A DNA stretch of 64,000 nt from Candidatus Wolfebacteria bacterium RIFOXYB1_FULL_54_12 (GTDB lineage Bacteria > Patescibacteriota > Minisyncoccia > UBA6257 > UBA9933): positions 106,508-170,507 of the forward strand of contig MGIT01000001.1 in NCBI GenBank assembly GCA_001793895.1, in the 5' to 3' direction. Of the stretch, positions 8,255-17,373 are shown one piece after another; within the stretch, counting starts at the first letter, position 1, and the number at the start of each line of letters is the position of its first letter. The notes beneath the pieces are model-generated. The model was not told the origin of the DNA, did no database searches, and worked only from the letters and a program-made list of their open reading frames with translations. Position numbers and translations under genes: made by a program.

Positions 8255-8292
8255 AAACACCCCGATGTAAACTGAACTGCGGGGTGTTTTTT
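8255..8292. terminator. Bidirectional hairpin between tRNA-Arg and the PAS gene
   Basis: The stem acaccccg...cggggtgt is followed by tttttt. Confidence 0.65.
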
Positions 8293-8299
8293 GTATTCA

Positions 8300-10006
8300 T
8301 TAAGGGCAAATTTTGGGGGCAATATCCCGGGCAACGCCGGTAGTGCCAAGCAGCTCACCTACTTCGTTGTAAGTCGGCGTCTTGATCGTCTCTACCAAAA
8401 TAACATTACCTTTCGAGTCCGGCATGCCCTCTTCGATTCGTTTCTGCATGCGACCCTGCATAACGATCTTATCGTCAGCCATATATTTATCGGCGTACTC
8501 TTCGGGCCAGACATCGTGATCAGTCTTGCCAATGATATCCTCACGCCGTTTCCCTGCACGCGAAAGAAATGCTTCGTTGACCTCAAGATACTCGCCTGCC
8601 GCATTTTTCATCCACACCAAATCGGGAATGTTATCCAAACAAACGCGTTGCTGTAGCTGATACAGCTTCATCTTTTCCTCGGCGATAACCTGCTTGCTTA
8701 GATTCCACCCGGTACCGATGATCCCGATGTCGTTGCCCTTCGCGTCGCGCAACGGAGCAGCCGACCAGCGATACGGGATCGTTGTGCCGTCTTTTTTGAC
8801 AAGATGCGACCGAACCTCGGTATATCCTTTCACGTACGCATCATTGACCATGCCGATCACCAACGGTCGGTCGCGATCCGGAAGCAATTCAAATATCAAT
8901 TTATGGGAAAGTTCCTCCGCTGAATATCCGCTGGCGGTCTCTGCCATTCGATTCCACTTGACGATATTGCGCTCGGTATCCAATACATATACGACGTCAG
9001 GAATCGCATCCATAAGATTGCTTAGCTCGTTCAAGGATCTGCTAAGATTTTTTTCACTTTCCTGCAGATTGCGGTATGCCAATAGGCTCGTCAACCCGTC
9101 GGCCAATCGCCGGCTGATTTCCTGGAAAAGTTCCTGTTCGTCGGCCGTCCATACCCGTGGATGGGAGCACTGGTGCATGCCAAATATCCAAGGCTTGTCC
9201 AATTTTGGATGGACGGCGATAAGCATTTGAGATTGAACACCAAAGCGCCCTGTGGTAGATTTGTCTACCGGGTTTTCCGTACCGACGGTGTAGATCACCG
9301 GCTTCTGAGACGCCAAAACTTCACGCATGGCTTGGACCATGTCCGGACTATCCATCGGCACATCAATATTCAAGGCCTTGGCACCTGCATATTCCGGCTT
9401 GGTAACTTCCATGGGTATGCGATACGAGGGCGCTTCAGGATCGCACGGATAAAGAAGCCACGCTCGATCACAATCAAAAATAGAAAGTACCTTGCTGAGA
9501 ACATTGGTCAATATCTGCTCAGGATCAGTAGCCCCCTGCATTGATTGATTGATCTGATCCATGCTCTCAAAAAAGAGGCGCTTGGTCCGATCCTTTTCCT
9601 CTACATTTTTACGATCGGTAATATTGTCGAATGCGGCGGTAAAAAATCCCCGCTCGGCGCTATATACGGAAACGACGAACCACAGCTTGAACGGACTCAG
9701 ATAGATCTCTATTTTTTCCGGATTGCCGGTATCGGAGACCCGGGCATATGTTTCAAATAACTCGGGGTTGGTATTCCGTATATTAGGAACGAGCTCCGTA
9801 GCCCGCCTGCCGACAACCTGTTGTAGGCCGGTTAGCCATTCAAAAGAAGGGTTGACTTCAAGATACACAAAATCGACAGGCTTGCCCGCCTCGTCAAAAA
9901 TTATTTCACAATGGGCAAACCCGGAAAGCATGCTGTTAAACAACATTTGGTAATGTTCTATACCATGCTTCTTCATGTGATTTTTTACCTTCTCCGAGTA
10001 TTCCAT
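8300..10006 (-). CDS. Multi-sensor PAS-GAF-PAS-PAS protein with no recognisable output domain
   Basis: PAS-like blocks: MLFNSMLSGFAHCEII..VNPSFEWLTG, LMDAIPDVVYVLD..WNRMAETASGY and DNIPDLVWMKN..VNEAFLSRAG. The central segment is GAF-like. The protein ends ARDIAPKICP with no HisKA, GGDEF or HTH. Confidence 0.75.
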   Translation of the reverse strand: MEYSEKVKNHMKKHGIEHYQMLFNSMLSGFAHCEIIFDEAGKPVDFVYLEVNPSFEWLTGLQQVVGRRATELVPNIRNTNPELFETYARVSDTGNPEKIEIYLSPFKLWFVVSVYSAERGFFTAAFDNITDRKNVEEKDRTKRLFFESMDQINQSMQGATDPEQILTNVLSKVLSIFDCDRAWLLYPCDPEAPSYRIPMEVTKPEYAGAKALNIDVPMDSPDMVQAMREVLASQKPVIYTVGTENPVDKSTTGRFGVQSQMLIAVHPKLDKPWIFGMHQCSHPRVWTADEQELFQEISRRLADGLTSLLAYRNLQESEKNLSRSLNELSNLMDAIPDVVYVLDTERNIVKWNRMAETASGYSAEELSHKLIFELLPDRDRPLVIGMVNDAYVKGYTEVRSHLVKKDGTTIPYRWSAAPLRDAKGNDIGIIGTGWNLSKQVIAEEKMKLYQLQQRVCLDNIPDLVWMKNAAGEYLEVNEAFLSRAGKRREDIIGKTDHDVWPEEYADKYMADDKIVMQGRMQKRIEEGMPDSKGNVILVETIKTPTYNEVGELLGTTGVARDIAPKICP

Positions 10007-10065
10007 GATACATTCAGTATACTAAAGCAAATACCATGGGGCAAGGTCCCTGTGTGGCGGAAGCG

Positions 10066-10677
10066 TCAGAACCCCCGGTCAAATGTTGTCATTTGCTCAT
10101 TGAATGTGTCATTCAATTCATTGACCATGATCGATTCATCGTTGATCTTTTTTACCAACGCAGATACATCCGCACCAACCGCTTCCGGATCGCCGGTGAT
10201 CTTGCCTTTGATGATTACCAGCAGCTGGTTCAGATAGTCGTTATAGGTAAGCAAATGCCCTATGAGGGTGACTTCCGTACTGACCGCGCCCAAGGCCGTT
10301 TCTGCCGAAGTCTTTGGTTCAATAGAAGAAACACCGAGTGTCATGGTCTGCAGATGTCCGGACAATGCGATGGCCTTATCGCGGATCTGTCGATTGCGTT
10401 CAAGTTCCTGCTTTACCAATTCGAGCGCTTCGGCGTATTTTTTATCATTGTTCAATGCGGAAATATCGCCGATATGCTTCGCGGAATCTTTGGACATGCC
10501 AACAATGTCATGCGCAATAAGCGAAGCCTCCTGTCGCGCCTGCATGAAATCATCGGGAACCGTCTTTGTTTGGGCAAGCAAAAAGCGCCCCACAAAATAG
10601 GCAAAAAATACCATGATCAAAAGGATCACAAACAAACGGATCTTTCGGGGAACTCTAAAATACAATTCACTCATCAT
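10066..10677 (-). CDS. Hypothetical N-terminally anchored membrane protein
   Basis: One TM helix (LFVILLIMVFFAYFVGRFLL) is followed by a helical, coiled-coil-like region. The opposite-strand ORF looks like a shadow. Confidence 0.55.
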   Translation of the reverse strand: MMSELYFRVPRKIRLFVILLIMVFFAYFVGRFLLAQTKTVPDDFMQARQEASLIAHDIVGMSKDSAKHIGDISALNNDKKYAEALELVKQELERNRQIRDKAIALSGHLQTMTLGVSSIEPKTSAETALGAVSTEVTLIGHLLTYNDYLNQLLVIIKGKITGDPEAVGADVSALVKKINDESIMVNELNDTFNEQMTTFDRGF

Positions 10678-10805
10678 TAGGGATATTTAATAGCATTCCA
10701 GACCAAAAAGCAACAACGATCAAAGCAACAAGAAGTGCCAAAACCAAGCTTGTCAAGTCATTGCAAAACCGCCCCCCCTTGCCATACAATGGAAGTATTA
10801 TTGCC

Positions 10806-12167
10806 ATGTCCAAAGGAACCACCAAAGGAAATCTTGACCCAAAACTGCCGCCACAGGACATTGACGCCGAAAAGTCGGTCCTCGGTGCGTTGATGCTCGA
10901 CAAAAATGCCGTATTAAAGGTTCTCGATTTTCTCGAAGACCGGGATTTTTATATCCCCGCGCATCAAAAGATCTATCAGGCGATCATTGAGCTATTCGAA
11001 AAAAACCAGCCCATCGATGTACTGACCGTTACGACGAAGCTAAAAGATAGAAATCAAATAGATACCGTCGGCGGCTCGACCTACCTTACCGAGCTCATCA
11101 ACTCGGTTCCTTCATCCGCTCACGTGGACCACTACGGGGGCATCGTAAAGCAAAAAAAGGTATTGCGTGAATTGTTGACCACGGCCGCACGCATCAGCGA
11201 AGATGTGTTCCAAAATCAGGAAAATCCCGATGAGATGCTCGATATGATCGAGCAAAAGATCTTCGCGATCAACCAAAAGTCAAAGACATACGCATTTACG
11301 CCGATTTCCGACCACCTCAAGGCCGCGTACGAACGCATGGAAAAGAACTTAGGCATGCAAGGCCTTTCGGGCACCAGCTCGGGCTTCAAGGGGCTTGATA
11401 CGCTGCTTTCAGGGTTTCAAAAATCAGACATGATCATTCTCGGCGCGCGCCCGTCCATGGGTAAAACCGCGGTAACGCTCGACATGGTGCGCGGCGCGGC
11501 AAAGGCCGGCGCTTCGATCGCAGTGTTCTCGCTCGAAATGTCCAAAGAACAGATAATCGACCGTCTTATCGCCACCGAATCGGGCGTTCCATTGTGGAAC
11601 CTGCGCTCGGGCCGCATCACCGACGAAATGGACTTCCAAATGATCCAGGCCGCGCTCGACCGCCTATCACGCATGAAGATCTATGTCGATGACACGCCGT
11701 CCCCGACCGTACTGCAGATCCGCTCCATGGCGCGCAAACTCAAAATGGAACACGAACTCGACCTGATCGTCATCGACTATGTCCAGCTCATCCAACCGAG
11801 CCGCCACAGCGAAAACAGCGTTCAACAATTTACCGAGATCAGCCATGGCATCAAAGGCTTGGCGCGTGAATTAAATGTTCCTGTGCTTGCCTTGTCACAG
11901 TTGAGCCGTGGCGTAGAAAGCCGCGACGATAAAACACCGCGTCTTTCCGACCTGCGGGAAACCGGCTCATGGGAACAGGACGCCGACATCGTCATGTTCA
12001 TCCACCGTTTCAACCGCGATGCAAAGGACCTTATGTCAGCCGAAGAGAAAAACAAGTCGGCCCTGATCGTCACCAAACACCGCAACGGCCCACTTGGCGA
12101 TGTTCCGCTTTTGTGGAACCCGGAAAAGGTTTCCTTCACCGAAGTGGATACCGTGCATACGATTTAA
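10806..12167 (+). CDS. dnaB: Replicative DNA helicase DnaB
   Basis: Motifs seen: PPQDIDAEKSVLGALMLD, Walker A GARPSMGKTA, SLEMS and LSQLSR. The ATG at 10806 is preferred over the TTG at 10761. Confidence 0.93.
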   Translation: MSKGTTKGNLDPKLPPQDIDAEKSVLGALMLDKNAVLKVLDFLEDRDFYIPAHQKIYQAIIELFEKNQPIDVLTVTTKLKDRNQIDTVGGSTYLTELINSVPSSAHVDHYGGIVKQKKVLRELLTTAARISEDVFQNQENPDEMLDMIEQKIFAINQKSKTYAFTPISDHLKAAYERMEKNLGMQGLSGTSSGFKGLDTLLSGFQKSDMIILGARPSMGKTAVTLDMVRGAAKAGASIAVFSLEMSKEQIIDRLIATESGVPLWNLRSGRITDEMDFQMIQAALDRLSRMKIYVDDTPSPTVLQIRSMARKLKMEHELDLIVIDYVQLIQPSRHSENSVQQFTEISHGIKGLARELNVPVLALSQLSRGVESRDDKTPRLSDLRETGSWEQDADIVMFIHRFNRDAKDLMSAEEKNKSALIVTKHRNGPLGDVPLLWNPEKVSFTEVDTVHTI

Positions 12168-12271
12168 CATTGGCAGTAGGTATACAGCAGCTCGTATACC
12201 GTATAATACGGCAGCTTATTTCTATTCCTTCTTATACCGAATACTGTATACCTAATACCCGCTACTCCCCC

Positions 12272-12871
12272 ATGCTTCCCAACCAGATCCGCAACTTCAT
12301 CGACGTATTTTCAAAGCTCCCCGGCATCGGCCCGCGCCAAGCGACGCGGCTCGCTTTTTTTATGATTGGCGGAGGCAAAAGCAAAATAAATGAAACCGCG
12401 CGTGCCATCGTCGATCTCGCATCTATCAAGGTCTGCACGAACTGCTTCTTTATCCACTCCAACCAAGAAGCCTTGTGCGACATTTGCCAAAATCCCGACA
12501 GGACCAAAGAAACGATCATGATCGTTGAAAAAGAAACAGACCTTATATCCATCGAACGCACGCGTAAGTTCAAGGGCAGATATCTTATCATCGGTGAGCT
12601 CACCAAAGGCGGCATCCTCGACGCCGTGCAACGATTGCGCCTGAACCACCTAAAAGACGTCATAAAGAACCAGCTCGACGGCCAAGCCGACGAAGTAATC
12701 ATAGCCACCAACCCCACAACCTACGGCGATATGAATGCCATGGTCATCAAAAACGAACTCGAAGGATACGCGAAAAAGTTTACCCGTCTCGGCCGGGGCA
12801 TCCCGACCGGCGGCGAAATAGAATTCGCCGACGAAGATACGCTTGAGCAGGCACTCGAACGACGCATATAA
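12272..12871 (+). CDS. recR: Recombination protein RecR
   Basis: Motifs seen: FSKLPGIGPRQATRLAF, the C4 zinc finger CTNC...CDIC, and a Toprim region. The ATG at 12272 gives 199 aa. Confidence 0.92.
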   Translation: MLPNQIRNFIDVFSKLPGIGPRQATRLAFFMIGGGKSKINETARAIVDLASIKVCTNCFFIHSNQEALCDICQNPDRTKETIMIVEKETDLISIERTRKFKGRYLIIGELTKGGILDAVQRLRLNHLKDVIKNQLDGQADEVIIATNPTTYGDMNAMVIKNELEGYAKKFTRLGRGIPTGGEIEFADEDTLEQALERRI

Positions 12872-12898
12872 TGCACTAATCATATTTGTAACACAAAA

Positions 12899-12924
12899 AA
12901 AGAGGCGGATCGCTCCGCCTCTTC
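12899..12924 (+). terminator. Terminator after recR
   Basis: The structure is agaggcgga-tcgc-tccgcctct. Confidence 0.65.
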
Positions 12925-12949
12925 AACATAGGTAAACATGCTATACCCG

Positions 12950-13291
12950 CTAATGCCGGGCTTTTTCTAGCTCTCGCAGAAAATCTTCGGCCCGCCACTT
13001 GGGAAAATTAGGAATTGCCGAGAATTTATACTTGACCATGCCTTCAATAACAACATTTTTCGGAAGGCCTAACCTCTCGACGGCTTCAGATATTTCCTTG
13101 ATAATCCTTTTCACTAACGCAATAAAGCATATAGTGAACACTATCTCGTACACCGCAAAGATAGACCAAAAGCCTTCTGCAAAAGACACTTTAAAGAAGT
13201 AATGGATGAGCCAACCGAGAATTGTTGAAATGCCGCACGCCTTAATACTATCCGCAAATACCATCATCAAAAGCCGCCAGTACAAAATCAT
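12950..13291 (-). CDS. Hypothetical small membrane protein in an AT-rich patch
   Basis: Three hydrophobic segments are present. No family was recognised. Confidence 0.5.
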   Translation of the reverse strand: MILYWRLLMMVFADSIKACGISTILGWLIHYFFKVSFAEGFWSIFAVYEIVFTICFIALVKRIIKEISEAVERLGLPKNVVIEGMVKYKFSAIPNFPKWRAEDFLRELEKARH

Positions 13292-13471
13292 CGCGCATAC
13301 CTCCGTAAATAAATTAAAGTTGATAAAGTTTCTGAATATAGCATATGTTATATACTATATTTTGTCAATACCTTGTAATGGTTCAATGCCTTTGCAACAC
13401 CCTATAAACATACGAAGCAGCAAATTCGCTTCATCACAGGCTAAGCGTCCGAGGTTCTGCGCGAAAAGAAT

Positions 13472-13503
13472 AAAAAACACGACGCCCGCGCGTCGTGTTT
13501 TTT
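13472..13503 (-). terminator. Rho-independent terminator
   Basis: The structure is acacgacgc-ccgc-gcgtcgtgt with flanking A and T runs. Confidence 0.8.
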
Positions 13504-13515
13504 AAACAACTATTT

Positions 13516-13947
13516 TTATTGGGTAATGGCCGCTTGCGCCTTCATACCCCTGCCCTGTCCGCGTCCATGCATGCCCTGGCCCACGCCTCCCTGCTCGCCC
13601 AAGCCAAGCTCCTGGCGAATGGCATCTGCCTGCCCCATCAGTTTATGCATTTCGACGAATCGCCCGAAGTTGGCCTCGGTAATGCCACTTGTCATGTCGG
13701 CTCCGCGTCCGTTGCCCGGGAGTAAACTCATGGCTTCTTTCCAAGCCGTATAGTCACCAGCCTGAATGGCCGCTTCCACCGCAGTACGATGGGCTTCCAT
13801 AGCCTCACGCTGTGCCGCAACCGCCGCAGTTGGCGCAACATTGCCACCCATCATTCCTCCGCGAGCATAGGTCGTGTTTGCCGCAATCCCTGCGACGCCT
13901 GCGACAATGGCCAACCCGGCTACCCCTACTGCAATTTTTTTGTTCAT
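13516..13947 (-). CDS. Secreted Gly/Met-rich hypothetical protein
   Basis: It has the signal-like N-terminus MNKKIAVGVAGLAIVAGVAGIAA and the low-complexity tail GMHGRGQGRGM. It is the last gene of the ECF sigma cluster. Confidence 0.65.
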   Translation of the reverse strand: MNKKIAVGVAGLAIVAGVAGIAANTTYARGGMMGGNVAPTAAVAAQREAMEAHRTAVEAAIQAGDYTAWKEAMSLLPGNGRGADMTSGITEANFGRFVEMHKLMGQADAIRQELGLGEQGGVGQGMHGRGQGRGMKAQAAITQ

Positions 13948-14037
13948 AATGATATGCGTTAGATTATTTCAGGCAAAGCTACGGAGCAAAACAATGTGCA
14001 CGATCGAAAAGCAATGCAGCAAAGCCTTCATTGATTA

Positions 14038-14811
14038 CTACGAACGCAACGGCATTTTTCTTTCACGCATAAGCATCCCCCTGCCGTCAAATCGTTCGGG
14101 GATCATCATCGCGCCCTGTTTCGTCCAAGGGAACAGCTCGGTCGCGTGGAATACGCCCGGGGCAACCACGGAACCAAAAACTCGGATCCGTTCACCCGGC
14201 ACAGCCTCGATCGTTCCGCGCGAGACAACGGCATCAGTCTCGACGATCCATCTCATTCCCGTAAAATCTTCTATCGTCAGCGTAGTGGTCGCAGAGCCGG
14301 AAACAATCCTGCCGGCAATCACGCCTTCCTGCGGATGCATCCATAAGTGCATCTTGCGTGCATCCAATCCGCGATACTGCGGGACCACTTCGGCAAATCG
14401 TCGATCCACCAGCCGTCCAGCCCCGGCAGCATGCAACAATCCGCCAAGCACAATGCTAGCCAAAAAACTTGCGCCCACAATGGTCGCCATTCGATAGCGA
14501 TACCCGGCTTTGGTATGCCGCGCCTCGACATATGCCAAGGCACCGAACGCGATCATGACCAGCACCCAAACATACGGCAAGTAGGTAAACAGGAACGGGC
14601 CCGGATGCATGCGCATCATGCGCCCCATGCCTGTTTCAACCGCATCGGACAATGAAAACAAAATGACTGAAACGGATATGCCTCCGACAAGTACCGAAAG
14701 CAAAAAGGCACCGATCAGCCCCGCCTGTTGCGCAAAAAATATCCACCGGGGCAAAGGCTGTATGTTTTTCCGTTCTATGGTTTGTAAAATATTTTTGGAA
14801 AAATCTTTCAT
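14038..14811 (-). CDS. Membrane protein, putative anti-sigma factor (by position only)
   Basis: The start MKDFSKNILQ at 14811 lies 4 nt after the sigma gene stop. Several TM helices are present. Confidence 0.55.
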   Translation of the reverse strand: MKDFSKNILQTIERKNIQPLPRWIFFAQQAGLIGAFLLSVLVGGISVSVILFSLSDAVETGMGRMMRMHPGPFLFTYLPYVWVLVMIAFGALAYVEARHTKAGYRYRMATIVGASFLASIVLGGLLHAAGAGRLVDRRFAEVVPQYRGLDARKMHLWMHPQEGVIAGRIVSGSATTTLTIEDFTGMRWIVETDAVVSRGTIEAVPGERIRVFGSVVAPGVFHATELFPWTKQGAMMIPERFDGRGMLMRERKMPLRS

Positions 14812-14815
14812 AGTA

Positions 14816-15406
14816 TTAGCGGATTGTTGATAACGGACCGTCTTCGACCTTGCCCTTGAATTGCTTCTTCGCCCGATTGATAAGCGTGGCAATAGTGCCC
14901 ATCGGTTTCTGCAAAATGTCCGATATTTCGCGATAATCCTTGTCTTCAAGATATTTCAGAACAAGCACTTCACGATATTTCGGATCCATGGCATCAAGCA
15001 CAGCTCGAATGCGCATTGCGGTCATAGCACGATCCGCATCCCGTGCTACATCGACCTCGGACGCAAGCAATTCAAACACATCGTCATTCTCTTCGACCGA
15101 AACGGTCTGCGGTCGGGCGCGCCGCTTGCGGTGCTGGGATATGGTTTCGTTATGCACGATCCGGTATAGCCACGAAGAAAACTTGAGCGATGGATCAAAC
15201 CCATTCAAATTGCGATACGCGCTAATGAACGCATTTTGTAATATATCGGCAATGTCGTCATCCGAATAGCCAGAAATACGCCACACATAGCGGGCAAGTG
15301 GAGCTTCATAGCGACGGATCAAACACGCATATAGTTCACGATCCTTGAGCGTCAATGTGACCAGCTCCTCATCGGTTTTTTCGGCGCACTGCCCGTGGTC
15401 GGTCAT
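14816..15406 (-). CDS. ECF-type RNA polymerase sigma-70 family factor
   Basis: Region 2: LQNAFISAYRNL..SWLYRIVHNETISQHRK. Region 4: YREISDILQKPMGTIATLINRAKKQF. Confidence 0.88.
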   Translation of the reverse strand: MTDHGQCAEKTDEELVTLTLKDRELYACLIRRYEAPLARYVWRISGYSDDDIADILQNAFISAYRNLNGFDPSLKFSSWLYRIVHNETISQHRKRRARPQTVSVEENDDVFELLASEVDVARDADRAMTAMRIRAVLDAMDPKYREVLVLKYLEDKDYREISDILQKPMGTIATLINRAKKQFKGKVEDGPLSTIR

Positions 15407-15470
15407 ATAGTTACAGTATACTACGCTTTTCAGCAACATTTTCTTTCAGAGCTGTGCCATCCCCGCGCTC

Positions 15471-15654
15471 TGTCATTCCCGCGGAGGCGGGAATCTATTT
15501 AATACTGGATTCCCGCCTCCGCAGGGATGATACCGTCTCTAATTAATACATTACTCAGCGCATTGTCATTCCGGCCTAAGCCTGTCCGCCAACTGGAGGA
15601 AGCCGGAATCTTGTTGAAAGAACTCGAGATCCCGTGTCGAGGCACGGGATGACA
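15471..15654. repeat. Cluster of about four GTCAT-hairpin units
   Basis: The units are tgtcattcccgcggaggcgggaatc, ggattcccgcctccgcagggatga, tgtcattccggcctaagcc...ggaagccggaatc and gagatcccgtgtcgaggcacgggatgaca. Confidence 0.9.
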
Positions 15655-15749
15655 TCGGAGAGCGACACAGGAAGCAATCGGAATGAATTTATTAGGGATG
15701 GCATGGCAGCTACAAAAAATCGCCGAATATCATTCGACGATTTTTATCG

Positions 15750-16073
15750 TTAGGAAATTTTACCAATTTCTACTTCGGTATAATCCTGCCTATGCGTCTT
15801 GAACTTTCGATAGCGGTTCTTGTTGTGGTAGCGGAAGACGATCTTTTTGTCGTCCCGATCCTTGCTCAACACGGTCGCTTCGACTTTCGCATTGGCCACA
15901 TACGGAGCTCCGATGGTCGCATCGGCGCCATCTTTCTGCTCGTCGGCGACAAGCAAAACCTTATCAAAAACGAACTGCTCGCCAATGGCGGCCTCCAGTT
16001 TTTCTACTCTTAGCTTTTGTCCGGCGGAAACCTTGTACTGCTTTCCACCCGTTTCGATGACTGCAAATTTCAT
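15750..16073 (-). CDS. rplU: 50S ribosomal protein L21
   Basis: The N-terminus is MKFAVIETGGKQYKVSAGQKLRVEKL. Confidence 0.93.
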   Translation of the reverse strand: MKFAVIETGGKQYKVSAGQKLRVEKLEAAIGEQFVFDKVLLVADEQKDGADATIGAPYVANAKVEATVLSKDRDDKKIVFRYHNKNRYRKFKTHRQDYTEVEIGKIS

Positions 16074-16116
16074 ATCACTTAAAGATACCTGAAGACCCTT
16101 AAAATGTCAACAGAAT

Positions 16117-16189
16117 TGTCATTCCCGCGAAGGCGGGAATCCACTACGTTCATATAGATCCCTCCGCCAGTCGGCGGACGGGAATGACA
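16117..16189. repeat. Composite GTCAT-hairpin repeat
   Basis: tgtcattcccgcgaaggcgggaatccac...gatccctccgccagtcggcggacgggaatgaca. Confidence 0.9.
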
Positions 16190-16321
16190 GAAATAACCTG
16201 CACCCTATCCGAAAAATTGGAAAAATGCCGTCCACGCCAAGTACTTCCGCAAGCTTCGGGACACCCTCCGTTGATGTTCAATGATTTTATTTCTACCAAG
16301 GTCAAATCGGAAACAGCCTAT

Positions 16322-16897
16322 TCATAAGATGAATTTTAAGATGCTGTCACGCACGATCGGAAGTTCATAAATGCCGGCAGCTTCGCTAAAATGCCCCATG
16401 TCATGCATAACCGTAACGAAACCGCCCAAACGATCCTCAAATAACCGCTTGTTTTCATCAAGTGCAACATATGGGTCATTGTCGGAAAGGATAACGCACA
16501 ACGGACGGCATCGCTCACGCACAAAGGCAAGATTAATCGCGGTATCCAACCACGGCCTTGCGATATCCTCCTCTTCGGCGTTTTCCAGACCTTGCAACGA
16601 AAACCAGCCGGCAACAAAAATGACCGGCACAGATACGCCGTCCCCGTACAATTCCAAATAGCGCAAAATAGTCTGACACCCGATACTATGGCCAACTAAA
16701 ATATCCGTAGACCGTAACTCACCGATCTCCGTATGGAGCGCGCCGACCCACTCATCGATTGTTGGACGCATCGTATCGGGCATCGCAGGAATATGCACCG
16801 CAAGGCCATACGGCTCAAGCTGGTCCGCGAGCCATGGAAACCATTCTCGATCCGGAGCTGCGCTCCACCCATGTACGATAAATATGCGCTGTTTCAT
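16322..16897 (-). CDS. Alpha/beta serine hydrolase (YdeN/RBBP9-like)
   Basis: It contains IFIVHGW and the nucleophile elbow VGHSIGC. The ATG at 16897 gives 191 aa. Confidence 0.75.
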   Translation of the reverse strand: MKQRIFIVHGWSAAPDREWFPWLADQLEPYGLAVHIPAMPDTMRPTIDEWVGALHTEIGELRSTDILVGHSIGCQTILRYLELYGDGVSVPVIFVAGWFSLQGLENAEEEDIARPWLDTAINLAFVRERCRPLCVILSDNDPYVALDENKRLFEDRLGGFVTVMHDMGHFSEAAGIYELPIVRDSILKFIL

Positions 16898-16899
16898 GA

Positions 16900-17235
16900 T
16901 TAGAAATATAAATAATACACCACCGATCCGATGGCCAATAATGCAATGCATACCAAAACAGATAGGGCAATGATCACGCGTTCCTTTTTTGCATCTTCAG
17001 GCTTCAATTGCGCCTCTTGGGCAATGTCATTGAACACCTCATCGGCCTTTTTAAGAACATCCTCGCCGGAAACCTGGGCAGGTTTCGCATCGCCCGTCGC
17101 AAGCACCGCCTGCATGATAGCATCCACATCGGCCGGCTCGACGCCCCGATACACGAGCAGTTCACGAACCTGGTCCTGTCCGATGCCCCCCTTCAGCTGG
17201 TCTTTTGCGATTGTGATGAGTTTTTGTTTATCCAT
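16900..17235 (-). CDS. Hypothetical protein with a C-terminal TM anchor
   Basis: Its N-terminal about 45 aa (K.QL.GG...VRE.L..RG) are paralogous to the start of the next gene. Confidence 0.6.
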   Translation of the reverse strand: MDKQKLITIAKDQLKGGIGQDQVRELLVYRGVEPADVDAIMQAVLATGDAKPAQVSGEDVLKKADEVFNDIAQEAQLKPEDAKKERVIIALSVLVCIALLAIGSVVYYLYF

Positions 17236-17286
17236 GGCTAAAATCTATTTTTCTATCGTTTTATTATTATGCAAACTTCGCTTATT

Positions 17287-17356
17287 TGTCATTCCGGCCT
17301 CCGAGCCGGAATCTTACCGTTTAACCGCGAGATCCTGAATCAAGTTCAGGATGACA
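17287..17356. repeat. Composite GTCAT-hairpin repeat
   Basis: tgtcattccggcctccgagccggaatc...gagatcctgaatcaagttcaggatgaca. Confidence 0.9.
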
Positions 17357-17373
17357 GTCGTAGACGCATCATC

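Noticed and set aside
10806-12167. Inteins in DnaB (and in GyrB at 49491-51494)
   Set aside because: Both proteins have normal lengths and contiguous motif order. No Cys/Ser...HN splice junction blocks are present.
15471-15654. Repeat clusters (also 45327-45496 and 52855-53289) as possible CRISPR arrays
   Set aside because: The units occur in both orientations with irregular spacing and non-identical sequences. There is no leader and no cas genes.
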